A stretch of DNA of 64,000 nt, from contig NMRA01000310.1 in assembly GCA_002633005.1 (NCBI GenBank), forward strand, positions 190,624 through 254,623, written 5' to 3'. Under the pieces are notes generated by a model. That model did no database searches and had not been told where the DNA came from. It was given only the letters and a program-made list of their open reading frames with translations. Position numbers and translations under genes: made by a program. Source of the stretch: Phoronis australis. Its lineage: Eukaryota; Animalia; Phoronida. Position 1 is the first letter of the stretch. Every line of letters begins with the position of its first letter. Positions 49,684-63,834 of the stretch are shown here, piece by piece.

Positions 49684-52600
49684 TAATGTCTTATATCTGA
49701 AGCAACTTGTCAATACACTGCTGACTAAAAATGTCCTGGTCCCTACATGCGTACCACGCACGCACGCACGCAGGCACACACACACACTTAGCTAATCAAT
49801 TATGAGTAATTACACCTGTTTTTAGGGTGTATACTTTTCATTTAGGCCCAATGGAACTTCTTTGCGTAAAATTGTGTAGCATGATTTTAACATTCAAAAA
49901 TCATGGAAAACTCTTGGCATGTACTATGCTAGGAATTCCGTAGGAACACCACCACCTCCGACACCTCCCCCCCCCCGCCCCCGTGCTTCCGATGCCACCA
50001 TATTTGTATCGAATCTCCCACGTCCGCCCTAAGTGAGGAACAATCCACGGGATACAGCCATTGAGAGTTCAGTAACCGTGAACCAACATGGAGAGTAAGA
50101 ATAGGCCTAGGACCAGTAAACTAACCGGTAGCGAAGAGCTGCCTCATGTAGCTGAGATATAACAGTGTTAAATTACGAAATTTCATATGAACTAAAGCTA
50201 GTTACTGGCCAGCTCAGCCATGATTCACACGAGACAGGCAACTTAGCTCGTACCGACCGTCCGCGCTGGCTATAAGGTCAAGATTCGTTTTACTCATGAT
50301 TGTGATCCAGTTTCGGGAAAACTTTATTTTATTATGGTCATTCTTTGAATTTTTTTTAGAATATAAGGTTCTGATGTCCCTGGTATAGTGCCTTTGGGGT
50401 TGTTTCAAAATCCCTCGTTGAAACACGGCCGGTAATCCAGTTTTTGGAGGTTGGGGAGAATGATACAGGGTTTCCCAAAAATGCACATATTTCAACGCCA
50501 GGAGTTCAGTTCCGGCGGATCACTGGGATTCTGCTCTGGCCTACAGCATGGTTACAACTTATTTTTAACCTGGATGCGTTAGTCATGGCGGGATTAAGGC
50601 AAGCCAACAATTTAATTTGAAGAACAAAAATTGATTGGTCAATTACTGGAAACTAAAAACACCAAGAAGTGCAAAGACAACTTTTCTAAGCAACGGTTTG
50701 TGAGTGAATTTGATCAATGTTTTTGAGAATTATTTATGTAGGCAAAAATTGTCTAGGTGTACTTTACCATTTGGGGGTCGGATTATAGATTTTTTACAAC
50801 TTCAGGCTGCAATTAAATTAACTGAAACATCATCTATTCTTACAAGATTAGATTATAATTGTCAAAAATCATCTGATGAATCTATTTTTGAAGATACTTA
50901 AACAAGTAAATTAGAAACCAACGAATTTGTTTATCAAAAGGGAATGATAAAAACAATTTTCGCAGGCATGCTCTCAGATTTTTGACGGGGAACATGGGAG
51001 ATGGGCATTCCCGGTATTTTTGCTCAATTCAGAGGTACCTAAAACGGTTCACGAGATAAATTTGAACTCCACTGACAAAAAATAAACGCTGAAATTATTG
51101 TTTATGATTACGAGTGTTCTTTGAAAACCCCCTTTCGACATGTTCAAGGTCATCACAAATTGTTGCCTAGACAGCAGTGTTTTCCACATGTGGGGATTCC
51201 TTACAAGTAAATCATAAAAACCATCTTCAAAAGAGGCACTTTTAATTTAAAACTTGTGATACTATGGGAAACAGTGATTTATTTTATAACGAGCCACCGG
51301 AAATAGTCCTTTTGTATATTTCACAAAAATTCCACCCTTTCGATGGCGGTCAATCGTAGTGTATTTTTTACATTTTGGTTGTTTGTGTCGAATGTCTTGT
51401 GCTGTGCAGGAATGTTTTGTTTTTTGGTGAACTTGGAACATCAACTTCCCTCGTGATTACTTGGCAGCGTCGGATTTACATGTATAGAGGGACAAAGGGA
51501 CATTTCCCCTGAACTGCTCCAGATGAAAGGCTAAACATGATTAAGCTTGAATATCGTCAGTGGCCTCCTTCAAGGGAGGGACCCCTAAATATGAAAATAT
51601 CTATATTTTCAAAAATCAAGAAATGTGCAGCAATTGATGTTATCTGTCAGGTTATGAAATTTTCTCAAATGATATACAATTTCGAGAGAAAAACATAAAG
51701 TGAAAGTTGCATCCGTTATCCCTTGCCAGAGCCTCTGGAAAAATAGTTTTGCATTCGCAAAATTGACTTATTGATTAGTACCCTTCGCAAAAGCTTCGTT
51801 TTACAAATTTTCTCCATTTTTCGAAAAATATGTATGAATGATTACATACACGTTTTCAAGTGTGTTTACACGACCTGTGCTGCAAAAGCGGGGACCCTAA
51901 CAACAATGTCCTGGCCAGGGACCTCAAAAGGTAAACCATGCACTGATAAAGAGTTGTTAAATGTTCTCTTGAATATTCTCTCTTATCTGCATTTCGCAGT
52001 CTTTCGTTTCTCGACTGTCTCCGGCCTCACGCCTAAATCGGTTGCCTCGGTTTAACCCTGACGCCTGAAAAATTTTGGGGGGCCCGTGCCCCCTCCCCCC
52101 TCCCCCCCCCCGCTTCCTACGGCACTGTGTAGTTGTCGGGTTTGTTGACTAATTGTGCCGAGAAATCGCTGATTGCATGGAACTGCACCTCAAGAGACTC
52201 ACTTAATGAATAATAGTAACAAAATGAAAATGAAGCAATGAAATTAGAATTGAGTTGACAACTACAACTCTCTTTAGAAACTCTCAGTCGACCAGACGGA
52301 AATTCTCAGTCCAAACTCTCGTTGCAAGTCTCGAATCGCAAGCTCTAATAATAGAATACATAGGTCAGGTGAGGGAGTTGGTATTCCAGGGCTACAATTC
52401 TATGTTGGTATCAACTCTTTGTGCTTAGATGTAATTGCTATTTTTAGTTATTTAGCGAGGGCTATATTCTGTCTTTGCTTGTCACAGGCACTCTTTATTT
52501 GTATATCTTCATAGGTTCGACACTTAAAACCTTTACCTATATTCTCTGGAAGTTGTGAACGTTCTACGCAATGGACGGTTTTTTAATACATTTTAAATGT

Positions 52601-52769
52601 TTGTTTGTTGAAACATGGTTGTACCATTTCTTTTCTTGCGGTGAGAAAATTATGTTTTTTCAATGTTTTGCGTGTCACTTAGCTTTGAGGTTAGTCTTTG
52701 GAGACTTTGTTTCACACTGGTTTATGGTCATTTCAGTTGTCCTTGATTTTTCATACTTTTCGATAAAAG

Positions 52770-54725
52770 ATTATAAATATTTTGCCGTTGCATTGTAGAG
52801 GTTTACGTAATTTTCAAAAAAGCTAAAGATGTTTTTAAATATCTAAAAACGAAAAAATAATTTTGCTTGCAAGATACACACTTTATAGAATCAGACCCGC
52901 ATATGATTAGGTCGGGATATGATTAGGTCTTAGTGGGGTTTTGAAATTGTTATGATTCCAGGCATGAAGTCATACCCGAGGAGTAGCAATCCTAATTAAT
53001 AATAATTTTGAACGTGAAATCAGAAACTGAAACAAAGATGAAGAAGAAAACCTCTTGATTATTGAGGTAGTGTAAGAAAAAATGACAGTGACTTGGGGTT
53101 GCATATAATCATGATCCGTATCAGGATGCTTCACGTTCTTATGAAAGCTTGGCAAATCTTGTGTCAGGAATTCAACTCATAATTTATTATTTTGTATGGG
53201 GATTGGAATTTGGTCCAGGATTATAAGCTAGATTGTTATGTTAATCTTAGCAATCCACAAGCTAGAAAAACAATTTTCAACTTAAAGGCAACATTTAATT
53301 TGGTTGATCCCTGGAGAGTCAATAACCCTGATCGTATCTCGTTCACATGGGTTAGGATTTAGCCGGTTAAGAAATCATAACTTGATTTTCCCTCATTTCT
53401 ACGCGTTGTTATCTTTGCTGAAAGAGGTAAAAATAATCCCTGGATACAGAACTGACCACTCGTCTATTTTATAAGAGTTAAAATTACACACCTTTGTACG
53501 TGGCAGAGGTTTACGGAAATTTACTAATCCTCTTCTGAAAGATAAAAAGTTATGTGAACCATGTAAAAACTATCATTCAAGACACTAAAATGCATGTGCA
53601 AATATTATTGACGATGCTTCACTGTTAAACAGGCTTTTACTAAATATTAGAACTTTTACTCTGTCGTACAGCATTTTCAAAACCAAAGAAGAAAAATAGT
53701 AGAAAATTACCTCTGGAAAAATTTATTTTCACTGTCGATCAGTTTGTTCAAAATGCCTAGTCTTTATTTTCCAATAATTGGTTACAAACTCTTCAGGCTG
53801 AATAAGAAGATTTTAGAAAGAAATACACAGATGGTATAATTTTGAGGTCTCGTGCCTAGCGGATAGAAATGGTGAAAAACCAACAATCTATTTTAGTAAT
53901 TTTTAGAAAAAAGTAAGTTTGTAAATAAAACTTTCAAGGTTAATTTATGATATAGACACATTGATCAGCAGTCAAGAAGGAATTCTGGAAGAAATAAAAA
54001 ATCTACTCAAATCTTTATGCCTCGAAGGATAATCAGTTATCCCAATATGACTTGAACGTATGTCTACAGGATTCCAATTCACCAAAACTTGAGCATATAA
54101 GAGATTTGTGGAAAGGAGCTTTCAAATTAGAAATAATTGCCGGCGGCCCGATACACGTTGTTCCAGACGTGCGCATGTGGATCCATGGCACTGATCACTT
54201 GGACCCATTTTTGTGCTTTATAAATATACAGTTAAAACCGAGCTGAGGAGCTAGAAACCTGACTCAAGGGTTTAGCGTTGTGACTCAGTGGGACTCGAAC
54301 CCACGACCTCGAGTAAAGAAAGCGGACACCTATCACACTAGAACACACTGCCTCCTCAAAAGAACTTTTATTTATGATGAGGTTCCATTTGTCCCGACGG
54401 TTTTATTGTCGAGTTCTACAACTTGTTTTGGTCAGATTTGTGTGATTATTTAGTTAATGTTGTTAATTGTAAGTTTGTACCGGCAGTGAACCAAAAATGG
54501 AGGCCAATTTTATTGCTTAGCATATATTACACACTAATATTGGCCAGTATTGCTGAACGCCTTAAATCTACTTATGAATTTTTGATCCATAAAATCAAAA
54601 AGGTTTTGTTGCTGGTAGATTTATTGGTGTGTACATTCGATTAATCTATGATCTTATTTGTGTATCTGTGCAACTGAATATTCCAAGTTTGCTGGTCCTC
54701 GTGGATTTTGAGAAGGCATTCGACT
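52770..54725 (+). mobile_element. Decayed L1/Tx1-like ORF2 (APE endonuclease and N-part of RT)
   Basis: Broken-frame motifs CRGLRN, CLQDTH, RGVAILINNN, GDWNLV, LVDPWRVNNP, GYRTDHS, ILRSRA, DGF..EFYNLFWSDL, WRPI.LL and VDFEKAFD, with many stops and frameshifts. Confidence 0.85.
54118..54357 (-). mobile_element. tRNA-derived SINE, copy 2, inserted in the L1 ORF2
   Basis: Its reverse complement aligns along the whole of 42120-42366; it interrupts the L1 fragment upstream of the RT motifs. Confidence 0.8.
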
Positions 54726-55265
54726 TTGGGCAACTTAAATGAAACTAAGTCTACTAATTACATAATTAATGTTTATTCTGGCAAATAGATTCTGAAATGG
54801 ATGGACATTGTCGGGGGTACGTGTTCGTGAGAAAGACAGCGTGATTATTCAAAACTGCGTTTTGCTCTGTTAAGCTGAAATTAAATTAAACCATTTACTC
54901 TCATGAAATCGATCTCGTAAATTCCCTTGCTGTGGTATGATTCTGTTTCCGTTAAAGAAAACGCTTCAAGGTTTACTGGCGTTCGTCAAACGTCATGACT
55001 GTGTGTTTAAGGGTGCATGTACGCATTGTCTGTGACTTGAGTTGCCTCTTCGTGAGGCGATAATTCATGGACGAGCGTGGTAATGTTTTGTGTAAAAATC
55101 TATTTTTCCTGGGTATGCTGTGCACTACGTTGTAATTGAGTACAACAGGTGGGAGGATGCATGTCATTTATTCTCAGTTAGGTAGTGTATTGATATGGAA
55201 ATAGTAAAGGACAGTGAATAGAAAGTGATGAAATAATCCTTATAAATTAATTTAACAAGTTGAAT

Positions 55266-55271
55266 TTTATT
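55266..55271 (-). terminator. Candidate polyadenylation signal of the MFS gene
   Basis: AATAAA on the minus strand about 530 nt after the stop codon. Confidence 0.3.
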
Positions 55272-55802
55272 AACGCCCAAAGGTTTTCATTTCATAATTC
55301 AACATTTACAACTAAACAGGGACGAAATGCAATATTAATATGTTATAAACAATGGAAGATATTTGGCGAAGAAATTGTGGCATCTGTATACAATCATTTA
55401 AAAGTAATATTTTATACAAGAGTAACTTGACAAAGAACCTAGAGACTTTCCGAAAAGCTTCAAAGGTTCTATTGCTCTGAAAAGTAATAATATATGTATT
55501 GCGATGAAAATTATTTCATTCAAAACGTTTTCACAATTTTTTTGTAAGGCTTAGAACAATGGTGCCAAAAATGGTTCACAGATTTTGAAAATTCCTGCTG
55601 CAACTTGGTCAAATGTCTCGAATACTGCAGCTGCTTGAGGTGGGTATGCGAAACCAAAGAAAAGGCGTTTACGTTGAACATACTGATTTGTACTGGCTAC
55701 TAGCTCTCCAGTCATAGCCGTACCTATACACGGTGAGCACAGTACTTGATGTGAGTTGATCTTCCGAGACAAAAATAAATTTTAATTATGCATAGACGCA
55801 TA

Positions 55803-57115
55803 TTACCATTTTCGTCGGAAAATAAGAAGAATCCCACTCAGAGCAGAACAGAACGTTAACGCGGCGTTGAGGATGGTCATTGGAACAAGGCAGTGCTTCC
55901 CCAAGCAATCGTGCCCGACTGCCAAATCAACTTTGCTGTCGTAAAAGAAACCATAGGTCTTTTGGATGAATACGCACAGCAATGCTGCAATCATTAAAAA
56001 TATTCCAAAGGTACGTGCGAATTGAGAAGTTGGAAGATTCCGTGAGAGTAGAACAGGCGTGAGGGAAAACACGGCACCTCCTGCTGTTATGCTTAGAAAT
56101 GTAAATACGACCATCAGTTCATAACGGTCCATGAAAAAGGTCAGAAAAAGGTGACTCAGTGATACTAACAAACTTAAGAACATGATAACGAATGAAATTC
56201 TTACTTTGAACTTGCCATGGAGGAAATCAGCTAAAGAAGCAATGAGGAAATTAGCAGCAGTAGATATAATGAGCAAGACAGACGTAACGAACAAGATGTG
56301 TTCGTCCATTGATAGTGAACGAAGGAACATAGTGGTGTTGGTGAGAAAGCTGAGGTGTACGGCACCTGTGAATATCCACTGGCAGAGGGCCAACAATACG
56401 TCTGCAGATCGCATGGTGTGCAAGATCGACAGACAACCGTCTTGTGGGGAAGGTTGACGCTGCTGGCACTTCTGGCGTTCCATGTCGTACCGTCGTTTTG
56501 GCTTGCGCAGAACGTACGTTGAGAAAGCCTTTGCGATCTGAATGCGCATGGGTACCGAGGTGTTCTGTAACTGTGGCGTAATCTCGCCGAGTTTTGCAGG
56601 AGGTAGCCTGTTGCCGTTTTCATCAAGTTTCAAGAAAAAAATCTCTGAAGGTGGCGTGACGTTCGACAACTGATTTTTTATTATAGTTTTCTCATGAACA
56701 AACTGAGTTGGTGATTTGGTCTCTGTGCACCTTGGATTTGTTGGTACACAGTCTCTCTCCGTTGCTGTATTTATCTCTGGCGGTGTCGCTGTCTGTGATG
56801 ACATATCATTGGGTATTACAATCTCCTCCACGTCGGGTAAACTTGAATGACTGTAGTCGCGCAGAGTAAACAACCCTACAACACAGAGGACAGCCACGAG
56901 TGCAACCAACAACAAGAAGAAATTGCCAACGTCTTGATACTGCGGGTCCATCACATGACCGTTCACGAAGAATTCTTGGTAAATTGCTGACAGAATTGCT
57001 GAACCACCCAGATAAGACCCGGATAACAGTGACGTTAGTTTGGATCGATGACGAGGCTTGACGTTTTTCAGGTTTATCGCAACTGGAGTAACGTAGAGAA
57101 AACACATTCCAAGTC
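55803..57115 (-). CDS. Nodulin-like (NFD4/MCH1-like) MFS transporter, large last exon
   Basis: Acceptor ctgttgtag| then GLGMCFLYVTPVAINLKN...HRSKLTSLLSGSYLGGSAILSAIYQEFF..GH...QDVGNFFLLL. Several TM helices, a long central loop, and C-terminal YGFFYD...CLGKHC, characteristic of nodulin-like MFS proteins. Confidence 0.85.
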
Positions 57116-58179
57116 CTACAACAGTCAGAGAGTGGATAAAAAGGTAACTAAAATTACGTAAATGCAAAACAAATCTATCAATAATTCCCACACAGTCAGC
57201 AAAGATGGGTTGACTATTAATTAAAACTACAGGAAGGGTTTTCATTTTATTAGGTTTCGTCACGTGACCCGTCCTGATGGACAGCTAGAACACGACGGTG
57301 AATTCTGTTTTCACGTGCAACCGTTATTGTGCGGAATTCTATTTGCGCTCAGTCCTCACGACGGGGAATAAAGGGCCTTGTGTAGCACGCATTTTTAACA
57401 GCTAAAGCTACGCTGCATACACTGGATTAAAACATTTTAATGTTTGCAGGCTTAAGCTTACATAAACTTGTTCTTCATGACGTAATGTTACAGAAATGTC
57501 GTAGTATTTACCTAGGAGTAGATTGTTGATTTGAAATCACATTTTTTAAATAGAGACGAAGAATTTACCCGGCATTAATAAAAACATGGTGGTCAGATGA
57601 AATCTGGTTATCGAAAAAAAGGTTCTGCATTTCCGTCCACAGCGTTACAACTCATTTTCTTGTAAGTCGTCTGCTTTTGTGCCAGTAATACACCTCATGA
57701 ACATTCGAAATCCTTGGTGCTTCTTCAAATCTGATATTCAGACAAGCGTTGTATACATCTTTCATTCTGTTTCTGAACACAAACAAAAATAAATCCGCTT
57801 AAAGCTGCGTTTCGCCGTGTTTAGCTGACTAAAGAAATGAAAATAGAATTATGTCATTTATTCTCATGAAAGCGGTCTCGCAAAAATTCTTATCACGATA
57901 AGATTCTTTTTCTTTGTCAACAAGAACATCGAAACAATCAGCGGCTTAAGAAAACGCATTAGTGTACATTGAGGTTGCAAAATCGCAAATGTGTGAACGC
58001 ATTGCCTGTGATTTGAGTTGTAAACAATAATTTCAGATCGTATGGGCGTGGCAATGTTTTTTAACCGGACCCCAGAGCACTGCAACTTCGGCATCTAAAC
58101 AACTGAGAAATGCATCTTGAATGATTTACGCCGTGGCGAAACTATTTGTGCAGCTCGAATCCTTGGAAGGGAGTATTAC

Positions 58180-58386
58180 CAGCTATTAAATGAAAAACCG
58201 CAACCAATCCACTAAGATGAGCGAACGCTGACGTCAACAAGGTAGACATCCATAACAATCCGTATCCAAGGACACCGAGTACGAGTCCAGCGTATAAAGA
58301 TGCACGTGGGCCGCATCGATCGAGTACAAGACCAACTGGAAGTCCAAACAGGGAGCCAACGTTGATGAAGGACGTGCTCAATTCCA
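58180..58386 (-). CDS. Nodulin-like MFS transporter, penultimate exon
   Basis: Acceptor atcgtttcag|; ELSTSFINVGSLFGLPVGLVLDRCGPR (MFS motif A) ...GYGLLW...HLIA; donor G|GTAATA. Phase 1 joins the exon starting at 57115. Confidence 0.88.
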
Positions 58387-60679
58387 CTGAAACGATAAAC
58401 TATATTAAACAAACAGCGAACACATGCATATGGGTACCTGAACGTGTGCATGTCTTAGAGCCTATCTTGAACGGTAATACCTGTAAATTTGGTTCCAACA
58501 GTACGATCGCTCTGAGTCCACTAGTGCCATAAATTACCAAATGTAACGAACTGTTAGGCGTATTGGCTTGTTTTTGTCCACGTCACCGCGAGAATCACCG
58601 TTTAATTCAAACAGCTGCGAGTAACACGCGCACGCAATGGTGTTCTATTCAGACCCCTATACAATACAACGTTGACAGCCTCAGTTTTGTTGTTTGTGCC
58701 AGGATCTCGCGGTGACGCAACATGGCGCGAAAAGGCAGCTTCACTTATCATTAGAGGGGCTTACATTTGCGTGATTGAACTTGCGTTTTCTTATTTACAA
58801 AGGCTTTGCTATGACTATCTGGTTAACCCAATGCATGTAAAATAACAAAATTCCGTTGAAGTTAGGCTTTAAAACTTGTTTCCATAAGAGCCTAATGCAT
58901 AACACATGGAATAACCAGTGTGATTTCATGTTTCCTTGTCAGTGTAAAATGACACGTCATCGAAGAAAAATGAAACGGGCATAACCTTGTGACGAATCAT
59001 TTCTGACAAGTGACGAGTCATGGCTGACACGCTAACACGTCGATGACGCGGTCCGCTAGTTAATTGTCGAACGCGTTTCGATGTTCTTAAAAGAACCAAT
59101 CAGTTCAAAGGATATAATGAGTGTGTTGAACAAATCCAACTGATCTTCGTGGTTGGTTGTGATTGACAACTTCAAACATGATAGCGATTACATTGTTTGA
59201 TAAGATTGCCAGCTACCAGTACCAATGAGCTATTGGTACGCAATAAGTTTGTCACCAGGGATGGCAAAAGGAATTTGCGCATACGTCATCTCTGACCATA
59301 CCACAATCAACATCTTATGGGGCGGGGCTTGACGTGCATAGGAATTATCTTTCGAATCCGCTCTGATACGCCTATTTGTATTCGGATGAATCCAAATGAC
59401 TCGTCACAGGGAGACGCTAAGCGCGTTCCATACAAAAATCCTTTTTAAAATACAACTCAACAGTGATCCACACTCAGATCTTGCTGCGAATCCGTCAAAT
59501 GTTGAACATTGTGGCACATACACAATTAGTCTATGATGGCAGTTGCTGCACGTGCTACGAGAACGTAGGCTACATCATGCAGTTGACGTTTCATTTTTGG
59601 GGAAAGCACTAACTTGTAGCATTGAAGAGTGGGTGGTAGGTAATTGCCAATTTGACAACCTGTGTAATATGTTCAAGTGGGAAACTCCGTGGCTGACGTC
59701 ATGGAAACGGAACCTCCTCCCCTACGGGTATTCAGTTGCTGCGCAACCCGCTTCAAACTAAAGGCAGTGCGTAGTAAAGGTATGAAGAGATCAGGCGTGA
59801 GTTCAGTAATGCTAGGACCTACGCTAGGACCTAGCTTAAATCTAGCCAAAGTCACGTGTTCCCTTGAAAATACACGGTAATATCTCACGTAATCTCTCAG
59901 AGTCTTGCTTTTTAGCGAGGTCCTAGCGTTACTGAGCCGGAGGCAAACCAGTTGATAGGGCGTGTGACGCAAGCGCATTCTTCCCACTTGAAAAAGTGGG
60001 CGTCCAAGGAGACACAAAAATAGATTTCAAAAATATTTCAAGCAATCGGGAAACAAATCACTAGGACACGAATAGGCTCATTAAGATGCCGTTTGTAGTT
60101 CAAGAGAAAGAGGACGGTTCAACGACTACCCCGGCGACGATCATGCCGTCATTAAGAATACTCATGTTTCTATTCCTGAAGGCAAACTGTTTAGGTTACA
60201 GATATCTCGATACAGTTTAAAACTTGATGTATTTTGACAATGAGTCGATATGGCTTAAATGTAGGTACAAACAAACTCCAAGACATTCAAGCTATACGAT
60301 CTGCATGTTCTCAAGTTCGCTTCTACAACATCGAATCCTCTACCACCGTTTCAGTCAAAATGGAGGCGACAATTTATGTAAGTTAAAGATAACGACATAA
60401 ACTGTTGCCCGGACGACAATTTATGTCGATGGCGACAATTTATTTCGTAACAGGAGGAGTTGGTCACAATTTTTAATGGCATACCATCACGCAATCCTAA
60501 AACGGCATGCCGTCTATTCTTTGTCTAGCCATGGCTCACAGGGGCGGACTCCTCTCCTAAATCTGCTTATCAATACCTGGCGAGTGCATTTTGTGGCAGA
60601 TAATTTGTTTGTGGGAGAGGAGAGTTTGACAAAATTGGTGACGATCGCGAAACTAAGATTCGGAAATTTGCGATGAGCG

Positions 60680-61640
60680 ATGTACCAGGAGGCAAGCGTG
60701 ATGGTGAGAAAAGGTTCTGGGTGTCTCTAAACCGTGTCATTATGGGGTAGCGACTGTGGATGTCAGGAAGTTTTTGTATTTTTAGGTACAAGCATATGAC
60801 TTCCTTTTTTCTTCCGGCGTAAATGCCCCAAATATATTTGAAAGCATAGCTTTTTTGATCCGCGTTTACAGAAATCAAGATGTACAATGTACAGCGGTAC
60901 TTTTCGAAACCATTTTGATGTTTCGTGTAATGCATATAGGTAAATATAGACCCTTGGTTATCTCAGAGAGATGCATTTCTGCGTTAGTTTGTACCTTTCT
61001 GCTGACGAGTATTTACTACCCAAGAGTAGAAGCACATTTTGGGATTTCCAATGAAGCTGCTGACTGCCTTGCAAAGCTAGGAGCAAATTCATCCTCTTTT
61101 TACCTGTATTCTAGTCTGCTATGGGTGTTACAAAGCAAAGGTGGAACAGGTGCATGCAGGAAGTGGTTCACGCGCAGACAAACAAAGAAAATATACGATC
61201 CCTATTGAACCAAAGGGTTCTAAGTATCTCCTATGCTTACATAGGGTTGCTATTTGACAGGTGATCTTGGTTATTACTGAGCACTGCAGCCTAGCTCGGC
61301 ATCGAGACACCCAAAGCCAAGTAACATACTCAAGCTGTCCTATAGGTGGCGTGGAAGCCGAGGCTTCGCAACCTTCTACTGGACACGTAACTTGCCTGGA
61401 GGAAGTCGTTAGATCAATCTGCTCCAACAAATTTTCCAACTTCTTGGGGGAAAACAAGGTGATTGGAAGACTTTACCCACGAGGGACTTCACGCTCAGTG
61501 GCGTTGGCAGTGAGTCATAATCAGAGGATAAGTGCAGTGGGCCCAGAACTGTGGCCTGAACACACCTGGTGCGCGTGCGCCCTACAAGGCATAGGACCAC
61601 ATGGCGAGTTATGCACTAGCTTCTGAAACCAACCTGGGTT
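60680..61640 (+). mobile_element. Decayed RNase H-bearing non-LTR retrotransposon 3' part (I/LOA-like)
   Basis: VEAHFGISNEAADCLAKLGA (RNase H WV.GH.G..GNE.AD.LAK motif), then RQTK, ITEHCSLARH and a degenerate C-terminal cysteine knuckle. Confidence 0.75.
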
Positions 61641-62575
61641 GGCCATTATATTTCAATGGAATGTAGACGCATGTCCAAGACAGCGGTCTCTGTTGGGCCG
61701 TGACACGTAATCATACCTTGAAGAAAAGTTGAGTTTCAAATAATCGGATTTCAAAACAATTTCAACTATCTTTAGCTCAGTGCAAAACTTATTGAATGGA
61801 CATTTCACTCTGAAATAACTTGAGTAAAATACTTTTTATGGTTTTACCAAAAAACACCAAAAACTATGCAAAACGTTTTCTGTAGCAAAGTGTCCACGAA
61901 TTTAGCCTACTTAAACCCTCACCCATGACAAGCAAACGTTACTAGTGTTGTCGGTGCCGTCGCGATTAACAGAAATTGCGAACAAACCCTAAAACACCTG
62001 GTGAGCAGGTTGAATTCTGTTTCAGTGGCAGAGAACCCCTTTCAATATTGCAATTTGGTATGTCTATAGCTTACCAGGCCTCTTTAAATTGTCTCTATGG
62101 GTGTTAATCGTTTTGGGTACCAGCAACAGGCAAATGCTTCATCACCTGTGTCTGTGTAACCTCTTGCACACGGTCAGCTGTGAACGTTCAATAGGTTAAG
62201 TGGTGTGGGAATATGTCGGACATTATTGTGGATTCTAAAATGTTGATCGTCCTCGATTCTTTCCTCTTGAAAGCATGTAATGAAGCTAAAAAAAACTCGT
62301 TTGAAAAGTGTAGAATACGGAACGTGGGGAAATTATTTGAACGAAAAATAAAATGCCCATTCGAGAGATTTAGTAAATTTGGTCAAACATCCAAGATCTA
62401 TCCATAAACATATCTTTCAAAGTCCAAAGCTCCGCATAGCAAACTGGCTTGTAAAAGACTTATGAGTGACACACACTTTCAACCCTACATTTATCTCCCC
62501 TGTCACGTGATAGATGCAGCAAATTATCTTTATCAGTTTTATTGAGACTCCTTATCTATGACTTTCTAATGCCAT

Positions 62576-62693
62576 CATGCGCGCACCCAGGGTGGGGTGG
62601 GGGCTCGGGGGGGGGCTCGAAAGTGCCTCCCCCCATTTGGCGTAGNTCGTCAAAAATTCGAGCCCCATCATATTAAAGGCTGGGAGCCGCATG
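62576..62693 (+). mobile_element. MITE family B, internally deleted, TSD GCCAT
   Basis: catgcgcgcacccag...ctgggagccgcatg flanked by gccat. Confidence 0.75.
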
Positions 62694-63147
62694 GCCATTA
62701 CTTGCTTTCTCTCACTGCATGCGATCAACCTGTTTTTGATATTGGAAAGTTGCTTTTTCGGCATACAAAACTGTTTCATTTTTTCGTGAACTTTTGAATA
62801 TACCTATAGCTAAAGAATTAAAATATTAATGTGACCCTATGAGTGATTCTTTGATTTCTTTTGATTTTGTCGAGGAATGACTCTTAAAGTAAGACTTCAG
62901 TCAGCAGCTATTTCTAAAAACAGCACAATCACTTGACTGCAAAGTGTCCGAGAGTACACACATAAATGTAACTGCTAGTTACTGAAATAATTTCAATCAA
63001 TAATTTTTTGACTGTCACTGTTCTTAATTATTTGGATAAACCTTCTTTCGCAATGGTGAATAGGGAGTGTAAGACACAATTTCTTTCATGAAGCAGACAA
63101 TGGAATGCTACATTAGACAAAAATTTGCTTTTTCCTTTGTTCGACAG

Positions 63148-63320
63148 TTTTTTAAGTACTTCATTCAGACTGTTCACGTGGCGGATCACATCCTATACGT
63201 ATGTACTTGCGCGTTAGGTTACAAGTTTTCTACAGTAAAAAACAGTTTTAAATGTAACAGGTTATTACTTGAAAAGAGATAACATGTCACGTGAACAGTT
63301 TGGGTGAAGTACTTAAAAAT
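63148..63320. repeat. Imperfect palindrome
   Basis: ttttaagtacttcattcagactgttcacgtg versus cacgtgaacagtttgggtgaagtacttaaaa. Confidence 0.65.
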
Positions 63321-63565
63321 AAAAGAAACTTGGGAATTCGAAACGTATGGGATAAATACAAAACGTACCTCGATTGGCATAGATATATAGGTTATCGTAC
63401 ATACATGTACATAAGAATATTTCTGCCATATCCTGTCGAGAATTCCTTTCATCTGGGAATGTCCCAACTAGACCTAATTAGAAATAGGATATCGCAGAAG
63501 AATTCCTATGTATGTAGCATAACCTATGTATCCATATGTATGTGGACTTATTTGCATCATCAGAG

Positions 63566-63834
63566 CATACACGCACCGACCCAGCCTAAAACAATGGGGG
63601 GCTCGAATTTTTGAGGGTGTGGACCGTTTACTAAAAAAAAACGTGTGCGTTCACAGCTATGAATTGAACATTCGCCGAATTTAGGTAGTCCCTGCCTTTT
63701 TAGTAGACTTTTGTCTCGTTTTCTACTTTTTCGGAGTTTTTGTTTCTCTGAGGCGGACCTTTTTGTCCACTTCGCCAAAATAGGGGGGGCTCGTTGGAGC
63801 CCTCCGAGTCCCCTCCACCCTGGGTGAGCGCATG
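63566..63834 (-). mobile_element. MITE family B, TSD CAGAG
   Basis: Reverse homolog of 33154-33409, flanked by cagag. Confidence 0.8.

Noticed and set aside
57116-57263. First 49 aa of the 486-aa MFS ORF
   Set aside because: Intronic read-through; the acceptor before 57115 joins in phase to the 58180-58386 exon.
8821-58386. Functional cluster of sterol desaturase, ZP matrix protein and transporter
   Set aside because: Adjacency in an animal genome is not evidence of a shared pathway; it would need conserved synteny or co-expression.
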